From contig NW_005434628.1 in the NCBI RefSeq assembly GCF_000315625.1, positions 371,846 through 435,845 of the forward strand: a stretch of 64,000 bases of DNA, written 5' to 3'. This document shows positions 26,083 to 38,436 of the stretch, piece by piece. Every line of letters begins with the position of its first letter. Position 1 is the first letter of the stretch. Source of the stretch: Guillardia theta CCMP2712 (taxonomy: Eukaryota > Protista > Cryptophyta). The notes beneath the pieces are model-generated. The model had not been told where the DNA came from. It saw only the letters and a list, made by a program, of their open reading frames with translations, and did no database searches. The position numbers and the translations under genes are program-made.

Positions 26083-29000
26083 TTATGCAGGAATAGGAGG
26101 AGGAGCTCCGTTGTCGTTGGGGTCCTGGTAAACGAATCAGTAACAAGAAGTATCATGAGATTGTCCGAGGAAGAGGAAGAGGCGCGGAAGGGGGAACGGC
26201 TGAGAGGAGGAGGAGGAGGAGGAGGAGGAGGAGGAGGTACCATACCTTCCAGCTGACGGAGAGCACGTAGGAGCACTCAGATCGTCCTTGATGTTGACAG
26301 TGAGCATGAGATTGTGAAGCAACATGGCAGGACGGGGAGAGGGAAGGTGAAGGGATACGATGGCTGAGGGTGGGAGGAGGAGCGAGGAAAATCGGGAAGA
26401 GCAGGAAGCAGGAGGACAGAGAGGGTAGGGTGGAGCTGAGGAGGCGGAAGCAGGGAGGAAGAGGAGAGGAGAGGAGGGAACAGGTCTTGGTTCCTCCCCT
26501 ACTCACCAGCGGCGTAGACACCGATGTACATCCACCCGAGGATGAAGTCCTCGTCGAAGAAGTGGATAGCGATCCTGTCGTCTCCGAACCCCGTCTTCCT
26601 CCACCTGGACCGCAACTCGTCAGCTCCCCTTGCCCTCCTGCTGCCCAGCTGCGAGCCGCCGGGCAGCCCTCAGCCGGGAGTTACGTGTAGGTCGTCTTGT
26701 CCGGGTAGGGGCAGTTGGCGTTGCCGATGAAGAGGTCGGGATCGCCTCGCTTGCTCCTTAGTTGAATCTTGACGGAGGCCCGGGGGTAGTTGACTTGCAC
26801 CTTGAAGTACTCGAACTTCCCTGCCTCTAGCGTGCCCGCGTACTGGCCGTTGCGATTGATCCTCCTTGCACCTTTGTTCTTGTCCTCCTGCTCCTTTTCC
26901 CGCTCCATCTTCTCCTGGTGCTGGTGTGAGGAAGAGCGAAGAGGGGGGTGGAGGAGGAGGGAGGAGGGAGGAGGGCAGTTGCAGAGGGAGGAGGAGGAGG
27001 ACAAGGAGATGGTCAGACCTCGATGTCTTCGTCGATGAGCCTTTGGAGTTGGGGAGGGATAGTCATCCCGGCAGCAGCGTGTGAGAGGAGGCTCCTGTGA
27101 AACGTCCCCTGGCTGCAGGGGGAGGAAGATCATGATGACGTCATCAAGGGAGGTAAGGGAACAAATCCCACCTGTTGTACTCGTCGATCATGTCCTCGAG
27201 GATGCGCTTCTCCTTCATGAGGTCCTGCCGCTCGCTCTCGCGCTCGATCTTGACCTGACAGGATGCGGTGAAAGGAGGGAGGAGGGGAGGAGGGGAGGAG
27301 GGGAGGAGGGAGGAGGGAGGAGGGGAAAATAGTGAAAGAAAGGAAGTTGAAGGAGGTGGGAGAAGGAGAAAGGAAGATAGATCAGGAAGGAGGAAGGTGG
27401 AAGGATGCAGAGAGAATCGGAACAGATTCATTGAGGCGGGAGGAAGCGCGAGGGAGGAGAGAGGAGGGGGGAGAGGATGTGCGGGGAAGGACAAGGGTTG
27501 AGGCCCTCGCATGCTCACCAGCTCTCTTCCCTTTGTCAGCATCTTGACACGGTTGTCGTCGTCCATGATCCTCTCCATAATCTTTTGCTGCTGGTACAGC
27601 AGCGCTCTCTCGCTCTGCGCCTTCTTCTGCTTCCCTATCTCGGCCTTGATCAGCAGCAGCTCCGTCTGCTCGTGCATCTTCTCCTTCCTGCGCGCCCGAC
27701 GGCTCGTCAAGTCGGGCAGGGGTGAGGGAAGGAGGAAGAAAGAGGAGAAAGAGAGGAGATAGAAAAGACGAAGTAGAAGATGATGCTGATGCTGATGATA
27801 AGAAGGAGGAGGAGGTGAAGAAAGGAAAAGGGAGTAATAAGAGTGACCTCTCGCGGAGCAGCTGCTCCAGATTCTGATCCGCCTGCTTCAGCTTGTGCTC
27901 CATCGCCTGCCGCTCCTCGTCCTGTTGGGCTCAAGCTAAGGAGAACAGCAACATGCCCAGCAGACCCCCACCAGGTGCTGCCTGTGCTGGTCGATCCTCT
28001 GCCGCAAACGTTTTGCGTGCTCGTAGCTCCTTTGCTGGAGGCGACGGTGAGTGGGAGGGGAGGAGAGGAAGAGACAAGGGGGGCAGGATGGGGTTGAGGA
28101 GGAGCAGAGGAGCAGCGAGAGGGAGGAGGCAGCAGTCGTGACTTCACCTTGCGTTCATGCGTTAGCTGGTCCTTCTTCTCCTTCATTTGCCTCGCTCGCT
28201 CCAGGTGCTTTTTGATCACCTCGAAGGTTGTCAGAGGAAGACTTGAGGATCTTGTAGCGGCACATCGTTGTCAAGGTCCTCCGCCATGTCCTTCCTCTCC
28301 AGCAAGTGCGACAGCAGCCGCTCCATCCTCTTCTTCTCCGCCTGAAGCGACGGGAAAGAGTCAAAGTGGGCAGGAGCTCGTTGGGATGGGGCAGGAAAGC
28401 AGAGAAGCAGAGGAGGATGGGAAGGTGGAGAGGAGGAGGAAGAGGGGGGGAAGAGAATGAGTGGAATGGAAAGAAAGAGAAGGAGGAGGGGGATGAAAAC
28501 CTTAAATATCTTATTGTTGAATTCTCTTCCCTTCTCTGCTTGTCGACGGAGAATGTCCTTCGTCGTCTCGAACTTGTCGCCCCAGTGACTGCGACCTCTT
28601 GCATTCAGTGGAGGATGCGAGACAAGATGAAAAGGGTGTGTGTGGGGGGGGGGGTAACGAAAATCAAGAGCAAAATAGGACAAGACAGGGCGAACAGACC
28701 ATACTGAGAAGAGAAACGGGAAGGGAAGGGAAGACAACCAAAGAGGAAGGTAAGGGTAAGAGGGAAGGGAAGGGAAGAAGGAGGGGAAGGGGAAGGGGAA
28801 GGGGAAGGGGAAGGGGAAGAAGGAGGGGAAGGGGAAGGGGAAGGGGAAGGGGAAGGGGAAGGGGAAGGGGAAGGGGAAGGGGAAGGGGAAGGGGAAGGGG
28901 AAGGGAAAGGGGAAGGGGACGGGGAGGCGGAATGAAAGAGGTTCTCGTCTCACGGGGTAGGAGGCCTGTTGCTTCCTGACTGCGACATGGTCTTGCCATT

Positions 29001-29588
29001 GGGGCTGGAGCCTCCGTCCGCCTTCACCTCCTCCTGTGCTCGCCGTTCGCTCTCGTTGGGCGAATTAGCCTGCGCGGCCTCCACAACGTGCGACTTTTCG
29101 ACTGACTGCTCAACCGAACGCTCTTGCGAGCGCTCGTGCTCTCGCCTTGACCTCTCCTCCTCTATCATCTTCATCCTCTGCCGCTGAAGCCTTTGATCCA
29201 AAGAGGGACGTCAACACAAGCTCGGAAAGCTAGGAGAACACACAATGGAAGGTACAGGAGCAACGAGTAGGGAAGAACGAAGACATGAGATGAGATTGGG
29301 AGAGGAGGAGAGGAGATGAGTAGAGAGTACGGGGCGAGTAGAGGAGAGAGTAGAGATACCTCTTGATGAGAAGTTTTCTCCTCTTCTCGTGCTCTTCAAA
29401 CCACAACTGAGAGTCTCTCAGTGAATCCCTGGTCTCGTTCTTGTCTCCCTCACCTTTGCTTTGACTTGATCCCTTGGGAACTTCTCTGAACCCCACGATT
29501 GTAAGCGAGAGAAGTAGAGAAGACAGAAATCAAGACATGGAGCAGAGAAGTAACAAGAGGGAACTTGGAGGTGAAGAGAGATAGGCGT

Positions 29589-29630
<42 letters not shown>

Positions 29631-31143
29631 GGAGGAGGAGGAGGAAGAGGAGCATGAACCTTTGAAGTGCTCCTCGGAGAAGTGGCGGATATCATTGGGC
29701 TCGACGCCTCGCTCACAGAGAATCTCGATAGATCGAGGTGAATCAATCTCCTGCAGCAGGACAAGGTCATCTTGCGTCCTCAGCCTCTTCCGATTGCGAA
29801 CCTCCGGCCGCTCCTCGATGAAATTGTTGAGGTGGATCCCCCTCCTCGGCTCCTTCACATCTCCAGCTGCTACCTTGAGGAAGCTGAACAGACGGGGGTG
29901 TCAACAACGAGGCAGTTCAGCGAAAGGAGATTTCACATGAGCTCTGTCGACGACCTCTCCAACCCTAGCGACACCTCTTCGAACACTGACTTGCGAGTCA
30001 CGTCCTGCGCCACCTCCGCCTCCAGGAGCTCCACAGTCTTGGCCGTCTTGACCGTCAGGCTCTTCGGAGGCCTCGTCCTGCACACAAGAGGGACGTTCAC
30101 CCTCTCTCACATCCTCTCCCCTCACGCGCCACCTCGACAGTCGCTCGAAGGGCTTCATGCAGGCCTTGATGCTCGGGATTGTGGCGCTCGACGTTATGGC
30201 CTCGTCCTTGGTGGGAGAAGTCGGTCCGACGCTCCTCTGATCGAAGGCAGATATCCGAGAGAAAGAAAGGTCTGCATCCTCTGCCATGACAGGAGGGGCT
30301 GACATGGCTCCGTCTCGACCTCGATCACGGGCCCTGGGAGGTTTGCTAGAGCTCAGCACACTAGCTTCGAGGTCACTCTTCTTGAGAGGGGTATGATGCT
30401 TCCCGAGGATACGCTCGCTCTCAATAACGTAGGGGCTGTCTTGTAGGCTGTCTCTTCGCCTTACCGACGCGTTTTTCCTCCCTGGCTTCGGAATCTCCTC
30501 ACCTTCAAGCTCTTTGGGATCGTTCCCTCCCGCTGAAGCCGCGGCGGCGGCGGCGGCGGCAGCAGCAGCAGCTTGGCGCTCCTCCTTCATGTGTTTCTGT
30601 CTGATTGCCTTCTCCAGGATCCGGGTTTGTGCAATTGCTTCCCTCGTGTCAGTATTGCGGAAGACCCCATGCCGTTCCGTCCTGGGTAGAAGACTACCTT
30701 TGAGCTTGATTGACCTAGAGCTACAGACCAGGTCAGTCGACGATCAGCATGATAGTATGAAGGCCTTACAAGACATTCACTTCCATGCTCTTGCTCGAAA
30801 TGGATTGGATCCTTTTTATCTCCCGCTCCAATTCAGCAACCTGATGCCGAAAGCAAATCAAATCTTCGTTAGATAGAAAATTTGAACCATCAGAAAGTTC
30901 CTGAACTCGGGCAAACCAGAAGCAGTTTCTTTTTAGCAAGAAAACACCCATCAAACTCAGTCCCACAAGCGGCTGAATTACTCACGGCATCATCAACAAG
31001 TGGAGCATAAACATAAATTCAGGTCTAGCCTGACGCAGTGATGGGTACTTGGAGGATGGTTACCTGGATCTCCTTGTATTTCTTCCTCCTCTTCACAGTC
31101 TCTAGCTTCATCTCCTCCTCCGCTGCCGCCTTCGCCGACATCA
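26083..31143 (-). CDS. Large coiled-coil protein with a C-terminal PPC-like (pre-peptidase C-terminal) beta domain
   Basis: Many E/K/R-rich exons and an IDSPRSIEILCERGVEP block. Last exons read GTLEAGKFEYFKVQV...VKIQLRSKRGDPDLFIG...PYP..TYTW...DRIAIH...WMYIGVYA..SYVLSVSW. Ends approximate; could be two genes. Confidence 0.6.
28780..28920. repeat. (GGGGAA)n intronic hexamer repeat
   Basis: Tandem ggggaa run. Confidence 0.95.
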
Positions 31144-31179
31144 TCTCCCTAACCCCGTCCAGCATCTTATTAACGCTCC

Positions 31180-31900
31180 CTTGCGGCGAGCACCCCACCC
31201 CAAGAAGGAATCCTTTCAATATTCAACCGGTACCTTTCAAGAGAAAAAAACAGGGGAAAGTAGGGGTGATCCATAGGGAAAATGTTTGCAGGGGTGGGTC
31301 CCCTTCCCTAGTCAACGGCTCTGGTCTCCCATCATTCTGGAATTTAATCTGTCCCCTGAGGGGGGCTCCTTGTTTGAGTCAGGGGTAGGGTGGTCTGATG
31401 ACACCCGTACCGGTTGAGAAATATGCCAAAAACCCGGTAGTGACACTGCATTATCATGAGACATGGTGGGGTACTGAAAATTTGCTAGCTTGGTCGTTGA
31501 GGGTAGTTGACAAATGTACGGGTGGTCTGGGACTGCTAGACAACACAGTAAGGGGTGATAATGCAGGGGGTAGAGGAGGTAGGGGTACCTCTAGACCATG
31601 AACGGGTGGTTGGTAGTCATATTGGAGGTGGGGGTAGAAATTGAAGTGGTATTGTCCCAGTCTGTTGGGGGTAGGTGTGATGGGATTAGAGGGGTCAATG
31701 GAAGTTGGGTTTCGTTTATGTTAGGGTAGGGGTACCATTTGGGGGGTAGTTGACAAATCAAGAGATAGAATACTGGAAACTTTAGGGGTACTTGGAGACA
31801 AGTGTAGGGGTACCTCAAAATGACAAAGGGTGTACTTGGTATGAGTGGGGTCCTTCTGCGTTGATTTGACTCAGGGAGATTACTGGAATTAAGAGGGGTG
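31180..31900. repeat. GGGGTA/TACCCC-word low-complexity intergenic domain
   Basis: Repeated ggggta, gggtac and ggtag words without a fixed period; lies between divergent genes. Confidence 0.5.
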
Positions 31901-31944
31901 GGTGGTAAAAGAAGTGCGAAGAGACGCGTGGAGGAGCCGCGGCA

Positions 31945-33363
31945 ATGATGGTGACGGAGAGAAGCCTGAACACGGCGTCATGCAGTCTGGCGCTCGTGAT
32001 GATGTGCATGGCTGTCTGGCACATGCAGAACCCATCTCACTTTGGAAGAAGGTCTGCTCTTGCTCAGGTAAAGACTTGTGGGGTTCAGAAGCAGGGCATG
32101 TTTTTGTTGGTTGAGACGCTATCTCGTGCTCCAAGTGCTGATGTTTTGCTCTAAGGGGTGAAATGATCTCTTTCGAAGTTTCCTCGTTCAGTGCTACCTC
32201 ACAATGTTTTGTTTTGATGTTTTCCGACTGAAACCACAAATGATGTGTCGAAACTGGTGATCATTAACAGAATCAAAATTATGGTTGAGGCATGGATAAG
32301 TTTTCCGTTTTCTCGCCCGTAGAATTGACTACTCCTCCGAAGTCTTGCAGTTCTGGGTTGTATCTTCCTTGTGTTATGCTCTATTAGATGTTTCTGCGTT
32401 TTTTATTCGTGGTGCTATGTCGCCATAAGGTCAAGAGGTTGACGGATTTTCCAGACCCCTGCTCAGCAAACCACGGAGCTTTCCTTCTTGCAAACTTCTT
32501 GTGCGTGATCATTTAGCTTTTTGACCGTTTCCTCTGACATATGCTCTCCAGCCTTCGTTGATCAGATCTACATGTATGCTGGTCTGGCCGTTGACAACAA
32601 GCATGAGACTGGTTTCATCGCCAAGGAAATCCGCAAGCATAACTACCAGACTGTAAGATGCTATTGAGTAGGGAAGCGTTGAGGTTGACCTTTTTGTCTT
32701 ACTAGATGGTGCGTCTCTTCACCTCCTTGGACGATGCTACTTTCAGGGCTGTGCTCTGGGATCAGGCTGTTCATTGCTTGGTAGAGTTGTCACTGAACGA
32801 AGGGTTGGTGATGCTGAATTTGTCTCAGGTCTGGCCTCCTTTTGTTCGCTACCCCGGCATCAGTGAGACTGCCAAGACTGATCTCCGTGCTTACACTGCT
32901 GCTGGCAACAACGTGAGATATTTACTTGCACGGGTGGAATGTAGTTTCACTGGTGATACAGGTTGTCTTCCTCGGAAACTACGTTGCTGTGCAGTTCATG
33001 AACGACGTCTACGGCTTCCAGCTCACTGATGACTATCAGAATGGCCCATACTACCGTAACGACCGCAATGTCCGCAACACTCCATTCCAGTACCTTCCAT
33101 CTCGTGTGGAGCAGGCTTCCATCGAGACCTACGCTGTGAAGAGCCGTTCCCTCCCTCCAGGTTTGAACCCCCCTTTTCACATCTTGAAAGGTTCTGACGG
33201 ATGCTGAAAAGGTGGTAAGAGCATGCTCGACACTCTCGGCGCTACTGTTGCGTTTGTGATCCGCTACGACCTTGGTACTGTTTGCTACATTGGGTACAAC
33301 TACAACACTCCCTTCCATGCGGACCAATGGACCCGGGTGTTGCACTGCGCCATCGACATGTAA
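31945..33363 (+). CDS. Orphan multi-exon protein with N-terminal hydrophobic anchor and an alpha/beta (class I glutamine amidotransferase-like?) domain
   Basis: N-terminus MMVTERSLNTASCSLALVMMCMAVWHM. Spliced body ...DLRAYTAAGNNVVFLGNY...VAFVIRYDLGTVCYIGYNY...WTRVLHCAIDM*, with strongly biased codons. Fold assignment is inference. Confidence 0.65.
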
Positions 33364-34158
33364 ATGGCCTAGTTGTCAGTCGTCGCTGGATGTTTCAGTT
33401 TTCAATGGTGCAAATGTCTACCAAAGGCGATGGCGGCACAGCTCGGATGGGCAGTGGTGGTTATGACTTATTCAACATAGTTAAGCTGTACAAAGATGTC
33501 GGCAAAGTTTGCATGAGATGCTTTGTTCGGGAACCAAGTGGAAGGTGGTATAGCCTATCATTCTTTACACGTTGGCAGGAACTTTACAATACTCTAGTGA
33601 AATCAGTAAATCAAAGACAGAGAACTGCTGCACATTTCCTCCTTGATTTACCCTCATCATGACCACCAGGAACACATTGAATTGTTGAAGTGAGAACTGA
33701 AGGGGTGGATCAATTCAACAGTTGAAATGAACTTCAATACTATTTTCAAAATGATCCTTATTTAATGCTTGAGACTCACAATTTCAAAGATCGGTCTGTA
33801 CACAAGCGCCACACCAGTCCCGTAAACCACAAAAGCGCAATCGAATAATCTCACGAGGGGGCATTCGTTGTTCTTTCATGTTTCAGGTTCGTCATGGGAA
33901 TATACACAGTAAATGTTTTATCCCGCAACTTGCATTGCCACAAGATTCTCTTTAGTAAGAATGCTGTGTGAAAGAAGTGTAATGAGGAGCATGCCCTGTC
34001 CATCACAATGTTTCTTTTGCGCGTCAGGACAAGAGGTTGATGAGTTGATCAGATGTTTCTTTACAAACAAATTCTAAAACCCATTACTATGGATTCAACA
34101 TGAAAGGCCGAACTGACCCAACACATCATCACCAAGCTCAATATGTCAGCCAAGCCAC

Positions 34159-34772
34159 TTAGTTTCCCGGGCAGTCGAAGGTCTGCTGGTGGGGATCCTG
34201 GAGGGTGAAGGTGGCAGCGGAGCCATCCTGCCAGGACTGGGGGCAGAGGTTGTCATAGAAGCCCGGGCCAGTGGCCATGGGCTGGGTATAGAAGTAAGCA
34301 GGGAAGGAGCAATCCTGCAGGAATACGTCAGGTTGTTGCGAGGATCGAGCAATAGTATCATCCTCCAATCTATCAACCCAGAGACAAAATAACTTCTTCC
34401 ACAGTTATGATCGACATCCGAACAGAAACTGCATCACCTAACCACGGACAACAACAAGACAATCTAAACTTTTGACAAACAAAATTTCATAGTTCATGAT
34501 GAAACACTGCAATCGTGAATAAGTCTTTGTTCTCTGTTCACCGTAGATCAATCTGGAAGAAAACCCCAAGCATGATCCTCCTTGCTCATCACAGTGGACA
34601 TCAACAATGACATAATCCACGTCCATGTTCACGTTATTATCACAGTATTGCACAAATTCTCTGCTTTATCATGATTGTCATGCTGGTAGCTCCTCGCAGT
34701 TCCCCCAATCCCATTATACATCTTTAATCCTTGAAGCGCATCTCCATCACTTACCAGCTTGGAGAAGAGCAT
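34159..34772 (-). CDS. Orphan 80-aa acidic peptide, three exons
   Basis: Exons 34772-34755, 34437-34424 and 34369-34159 join via GT..AG into MLFSKLVMQFLLEDDTIARSSQQPDVFLQDCSFPAYFYTQPMATGPGFYDNLCPQSWQDGSAATFTLQDPHQQTFDCPGN*. Confidence 0.65.
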
Positions 34773-34819
34773 GGCGACCGTGTCCCTTCACTCGCGCCTC
34801 TTCGAACTTATACCAGGCA

Positions 34820-35330
34820 TCCCCCACCCTACCCCAGATGGAAATTTCAATCAGGGCAACTACCGGTATCCTGACAAGATACCCCCTTCTTCCTTTTCAA
34901 AGTACCCCTTCAGATCATTTACAACACAAGTTGTCATGACCCCCACCCCCAAAAAGGCTGTAACTAACCTACCACTATGGCCACAACATTTCCTGTACCC
35001 TACCCTCCCGTACCCCCCCGTACCCTCCCAATAGCCTACCCATCTATGTGTCTACCCCTACCTACCCTTTTCTAACTTTTTAACCCCCTCGGGTCAGTCG
35101 ATGTTCAACATGGCTGCTCATCGAAAGGGAACCCTCACTCCGCATTGAATATGTCAGAGGTCATTGAGTACCCGTCCTTGATACTTCGATCACCCACCCT
35201 TCAGCCTGTAATTCCACCCAGATGGGGATGTCATAGTACCCCGACCCATGCACCGCAGTGGTTTCAGAGATCCTGAGGGGATACAGTACCGGTATGGGGT
35301 CAAATCCCAATCGAGCACGGGTAGTGGCTT
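34820..35330. repeat. TACCC-word low-complexity intergenic domain
   Basis: Repeated taccc, ctacc and gtaccc words between divergent orphan genes. Confidence 0.45.
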
Positions 35331-35581
35331 ATCCGATGCCCAAGAGGCATCCTTTTGGGAACTCTCTCCGAATAGTTCGAATGAAGTTTCACAAATCAAC
35401 AGAAGGGTTTGAAATATCTGAGATCCTGATGAAACCGAACCGGGCCGGGCCCGTCAAAGAAAATCCCGAAGATCTTCAGTAGTTTAGCAACTTTCAATGG
35501 TGAACCGTTTAGATGCAAACTTCGGCGACGGATCAGAACTTCTGAACTCCCAAACTTTCTCCTGACGGCCCTTGGCATGCC

Positions 35582-36462
35582 ATGGAAGCGTTGAGGAGTA
35601 TACTCAGCCCTCGCCATGGCGCCGTCGCTGCCTTCTTGTCCGCCCTCAGCATATCCCTTCTCCTCGTGTCCCTTTCACCGAAGGTAACTTGTCTATTCCG
35701 GCTCGTCTGCCTTGCCTTGCTTCTTACTGAAACATCTCAGGCTGCCAGGAGGGATTCGAGACTAGAGATAGCTGCTCTCAGACCAGCCGAGGTAGAAGTT
35801 GTGATATGCAGCCACAATATACATGACTTGTCTCTGTCTTTGCAGGAATTTGTTATCCTGAGACCGAGGTTTAGGAGGATTCATCCCGCTTCGCTCTTCC
35901 GCCACCCTGTCAGGACTCAGTCCCTTTATTCAGCTTCTCTGGTAAAGTCATGTTCGAGTTGTGCTGTGCGGTTGTGTCGAGCATCGTCTGTTCCATGTTG
36001 GCATGTCAACGATGTGTTGCTGTTGTTCACTGTCGTACCCATGTGCTCTCACGTGGTCACGTGTTGTCTGGCAGCCCAACGATCCTCAAGAGTACCTTCA
36101 GCCTGCTCCCCACGTCGGCAATCCTGGCCTGTTCGCCTCCGACCGCGAGCCCATGAGGGGGGAGCCTTATGGGACTCCGGAGTACAAGTAAGTTACTTGC
36201 TCTCTTCAGCTCTCTAGAAACCTCCCTTCCATGTGCAGGGGTCTCACCACCTGCTAGGTATGCAGATGAGCCCCTGCCTTGCCCCTGCACTGCCGGGATC
36301 TGTCTGGATCTGCTCATGGATGAGGAGTACGATCAGGTTGGTTTTGATTTAGCTCCTTCCTCTTGTCTCCTTTGAATTGACTTCTCCCCCTCGTGACTCG
36401 TGCCGTTCGCCCAGGGACCGACTCCGTGCACTTGTAACTGCAACCAGCCAATGGCTCCATGA
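35582..36462 (+). CDS. Orphan membrane-anchored or secreted protein with Cys-rich C-terminus
   Basis: Hydrophobic AVAAFLSALSISLLLVSL. Short exons join to ...RTQSLYSASL-PNDPQEYLQPAPHVG...PLPCPCTAGICLDLL...GPTPCTCNCNQPMAP*. Confidence 0.6.
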
Positions 36463-36646
36463 TGATAATGCGGAGAGCAGCGGCATTGTACGGACAGAAT
36501 CCGCATTTTTAACCTGTAACCATATCAGGATATTCCCTAGGATTTTTCTCTAGGAAGAAATATGCTTGAGAAGACCACACTTGTGTGATGTGCCACCAAG
36601 AATCAATTCATGAGATTTATGCATAATATGGAATTGGCATGTTCCT

Positions 36647-37652
36647 TCATGGGTCCAGCGAATGTGGGTCATATGGAAGAATAGTGCTTCCTCCAAGTTG
36701 CTTGGGCAGGAGGTCCAAATCGAAGCACTCTTGGACTGCTAGCTTCCACTTTGGTCGAAATAGTCAGCAAAACAATTTCAAGCTGCAGACTTACGTCACC
36801 TGCTCAGGGGAGCTGTACAACCCAACTTTCTGCTTTGTGACATCATCCAGCAAGGGCTTGATAAGGCTGGAACAATCAACCAATGAGTCCAACTGCAGCA
36901 ATAGAACAGGGATAAACCTCCAGCACTTGGAGAACACCGAAGGAACATTGATCAAGAAGATCTTCCCGGCTCTGAAGCGAAAGAGTTCAGAAAGGATTGG
37001 GAATTCGCAGCAAGTGGTCAACACCTCTCTGGATAGTGATTGGAATTCTTGTCAACGAACTGGCGAACGTACTGCAATCGCCGCAGTCATTGACAGCCCA
37101 ACAAAACACACACACGCAATTGAAAGTGACTCCCACCTTCATGTGCTTCATCGTTAGCTGCCCCAAGTTCCATCCGTCCAGGTCCACAATGATCACCCAT
37201 TGCCCATGAAAATTCATCTTCGCTGCCAGCCTCTCCATCATCCAGATGTTGTACCTCGCAAGGTCGTCATGGTGGAGGTTGGCGACTTTCTCCAGCTTGT
37301 CGGCGTCGAACTGACGCCCGAAGTTCTGATAGAAGATCGGTCTTCCCATCTTGCAGGTGCCCAGGTATCCATGAGGAAACATCTGATCATGGAACTGCTT
37401 GCCTGCTGGGTTCGTATCTCCACGGAGCATCTCCCGGGCCGTCTTGGACCGGATGGTCAACGAGTCCTCCTTCTCCCTCCATTCCAGGTCGTGCTTGAGC
37501 ATCTTGAAGGCATCTTTCACCTTGCCCCTCCTAGCAACAAGAAATCTTGACAGCAAGTCGTCTACAGTCTCCGCGGCCCTGTGCTTGTCCACAAGCCCCA
37601 TGAGGCCGGCGGCTTCAAGTTCATGTTGGAGTTCTTGAATCGTTCCTTTCAT
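36647..37652 (-). CDS. CRAL-TRIO/Sec14-like lipid-binding protein
   Basis: LLSRFLVARRGKV, GTCKMGRPIFYQ, VIIVDLDGW, AGKIFLINVPSVFSKCW, PLLDDVTKQKV, LLPKQLGG. Confidence 0.88.
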
Positions 37653-38436
37653 CGCTGAAATACTGATGCAATCTACCTCCTCCAGAGCTTGTTTTGTTGC
37701 AAGTAAAGTTGCAGCTAGACGGAGTCTTCTCTTTTATGCAAGGTTACGTGTTGTGCTACAATCGCCTTCGACAATCTTAGCTTACCACCTAGTAGTGAGC
37801 GCTCTCTGTTCTCCTTGAGTGGGACCTGGTGTATGGGTTGCTGTTAGCTCGTGTGTGTTCGGGTTCTGCAGTGTCTTGATATAGCTTCTCTTCTTCGTTT
37901 TATCTTGCTCCTTCCATCTTCATCCCTCCTGTTCTCTCACTTCCCATGGAGACTCCCTCCCCTCCCCGCCTTCCTTTCCCCCATACCCCCACCCCCACCC
38001 CCACCCCTGGTAACCTTCGTTAGATATAAGGCTCCACCACCCGTCACCTTCAACTGTCACTACCCCCACTTTGACCCAACCCCAGGAACCTTTGCCTTAC
38101 CCAAGACTACCCCTACACCCCCATCTCATGACAACTGCCATCAGATGGCTGCTATCGCATGACCACCACTTTGCCTCCTAAAAATTAGCTTACTTGTCAC
38201 CCCACCCATCAAATTAAGGTGAAATGTAGGGGTACACATGGACTCCACAAAGGACCCCACCCACTTTCTTGAAGTTGCATTCTTCTAGAACCACATCCCC
38301 CCTCAGCCCACATGAAACCATGACATCACAAGAGCCCCGGGCCGAGACCGACTCGGAGAGTCGAGTCGGCCGGGCCCGGAGACCAGAAGGTGAGGCGGGC
38401 TCGGAACTGGGCAACAATCGCAAGACAGGGCGCTAC

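Noticed and set aside
31180-31900. Interstitial telomeric repeat
   Set aside because: The G-rich words are aperiodic and do not form a tandem telomere-type array.
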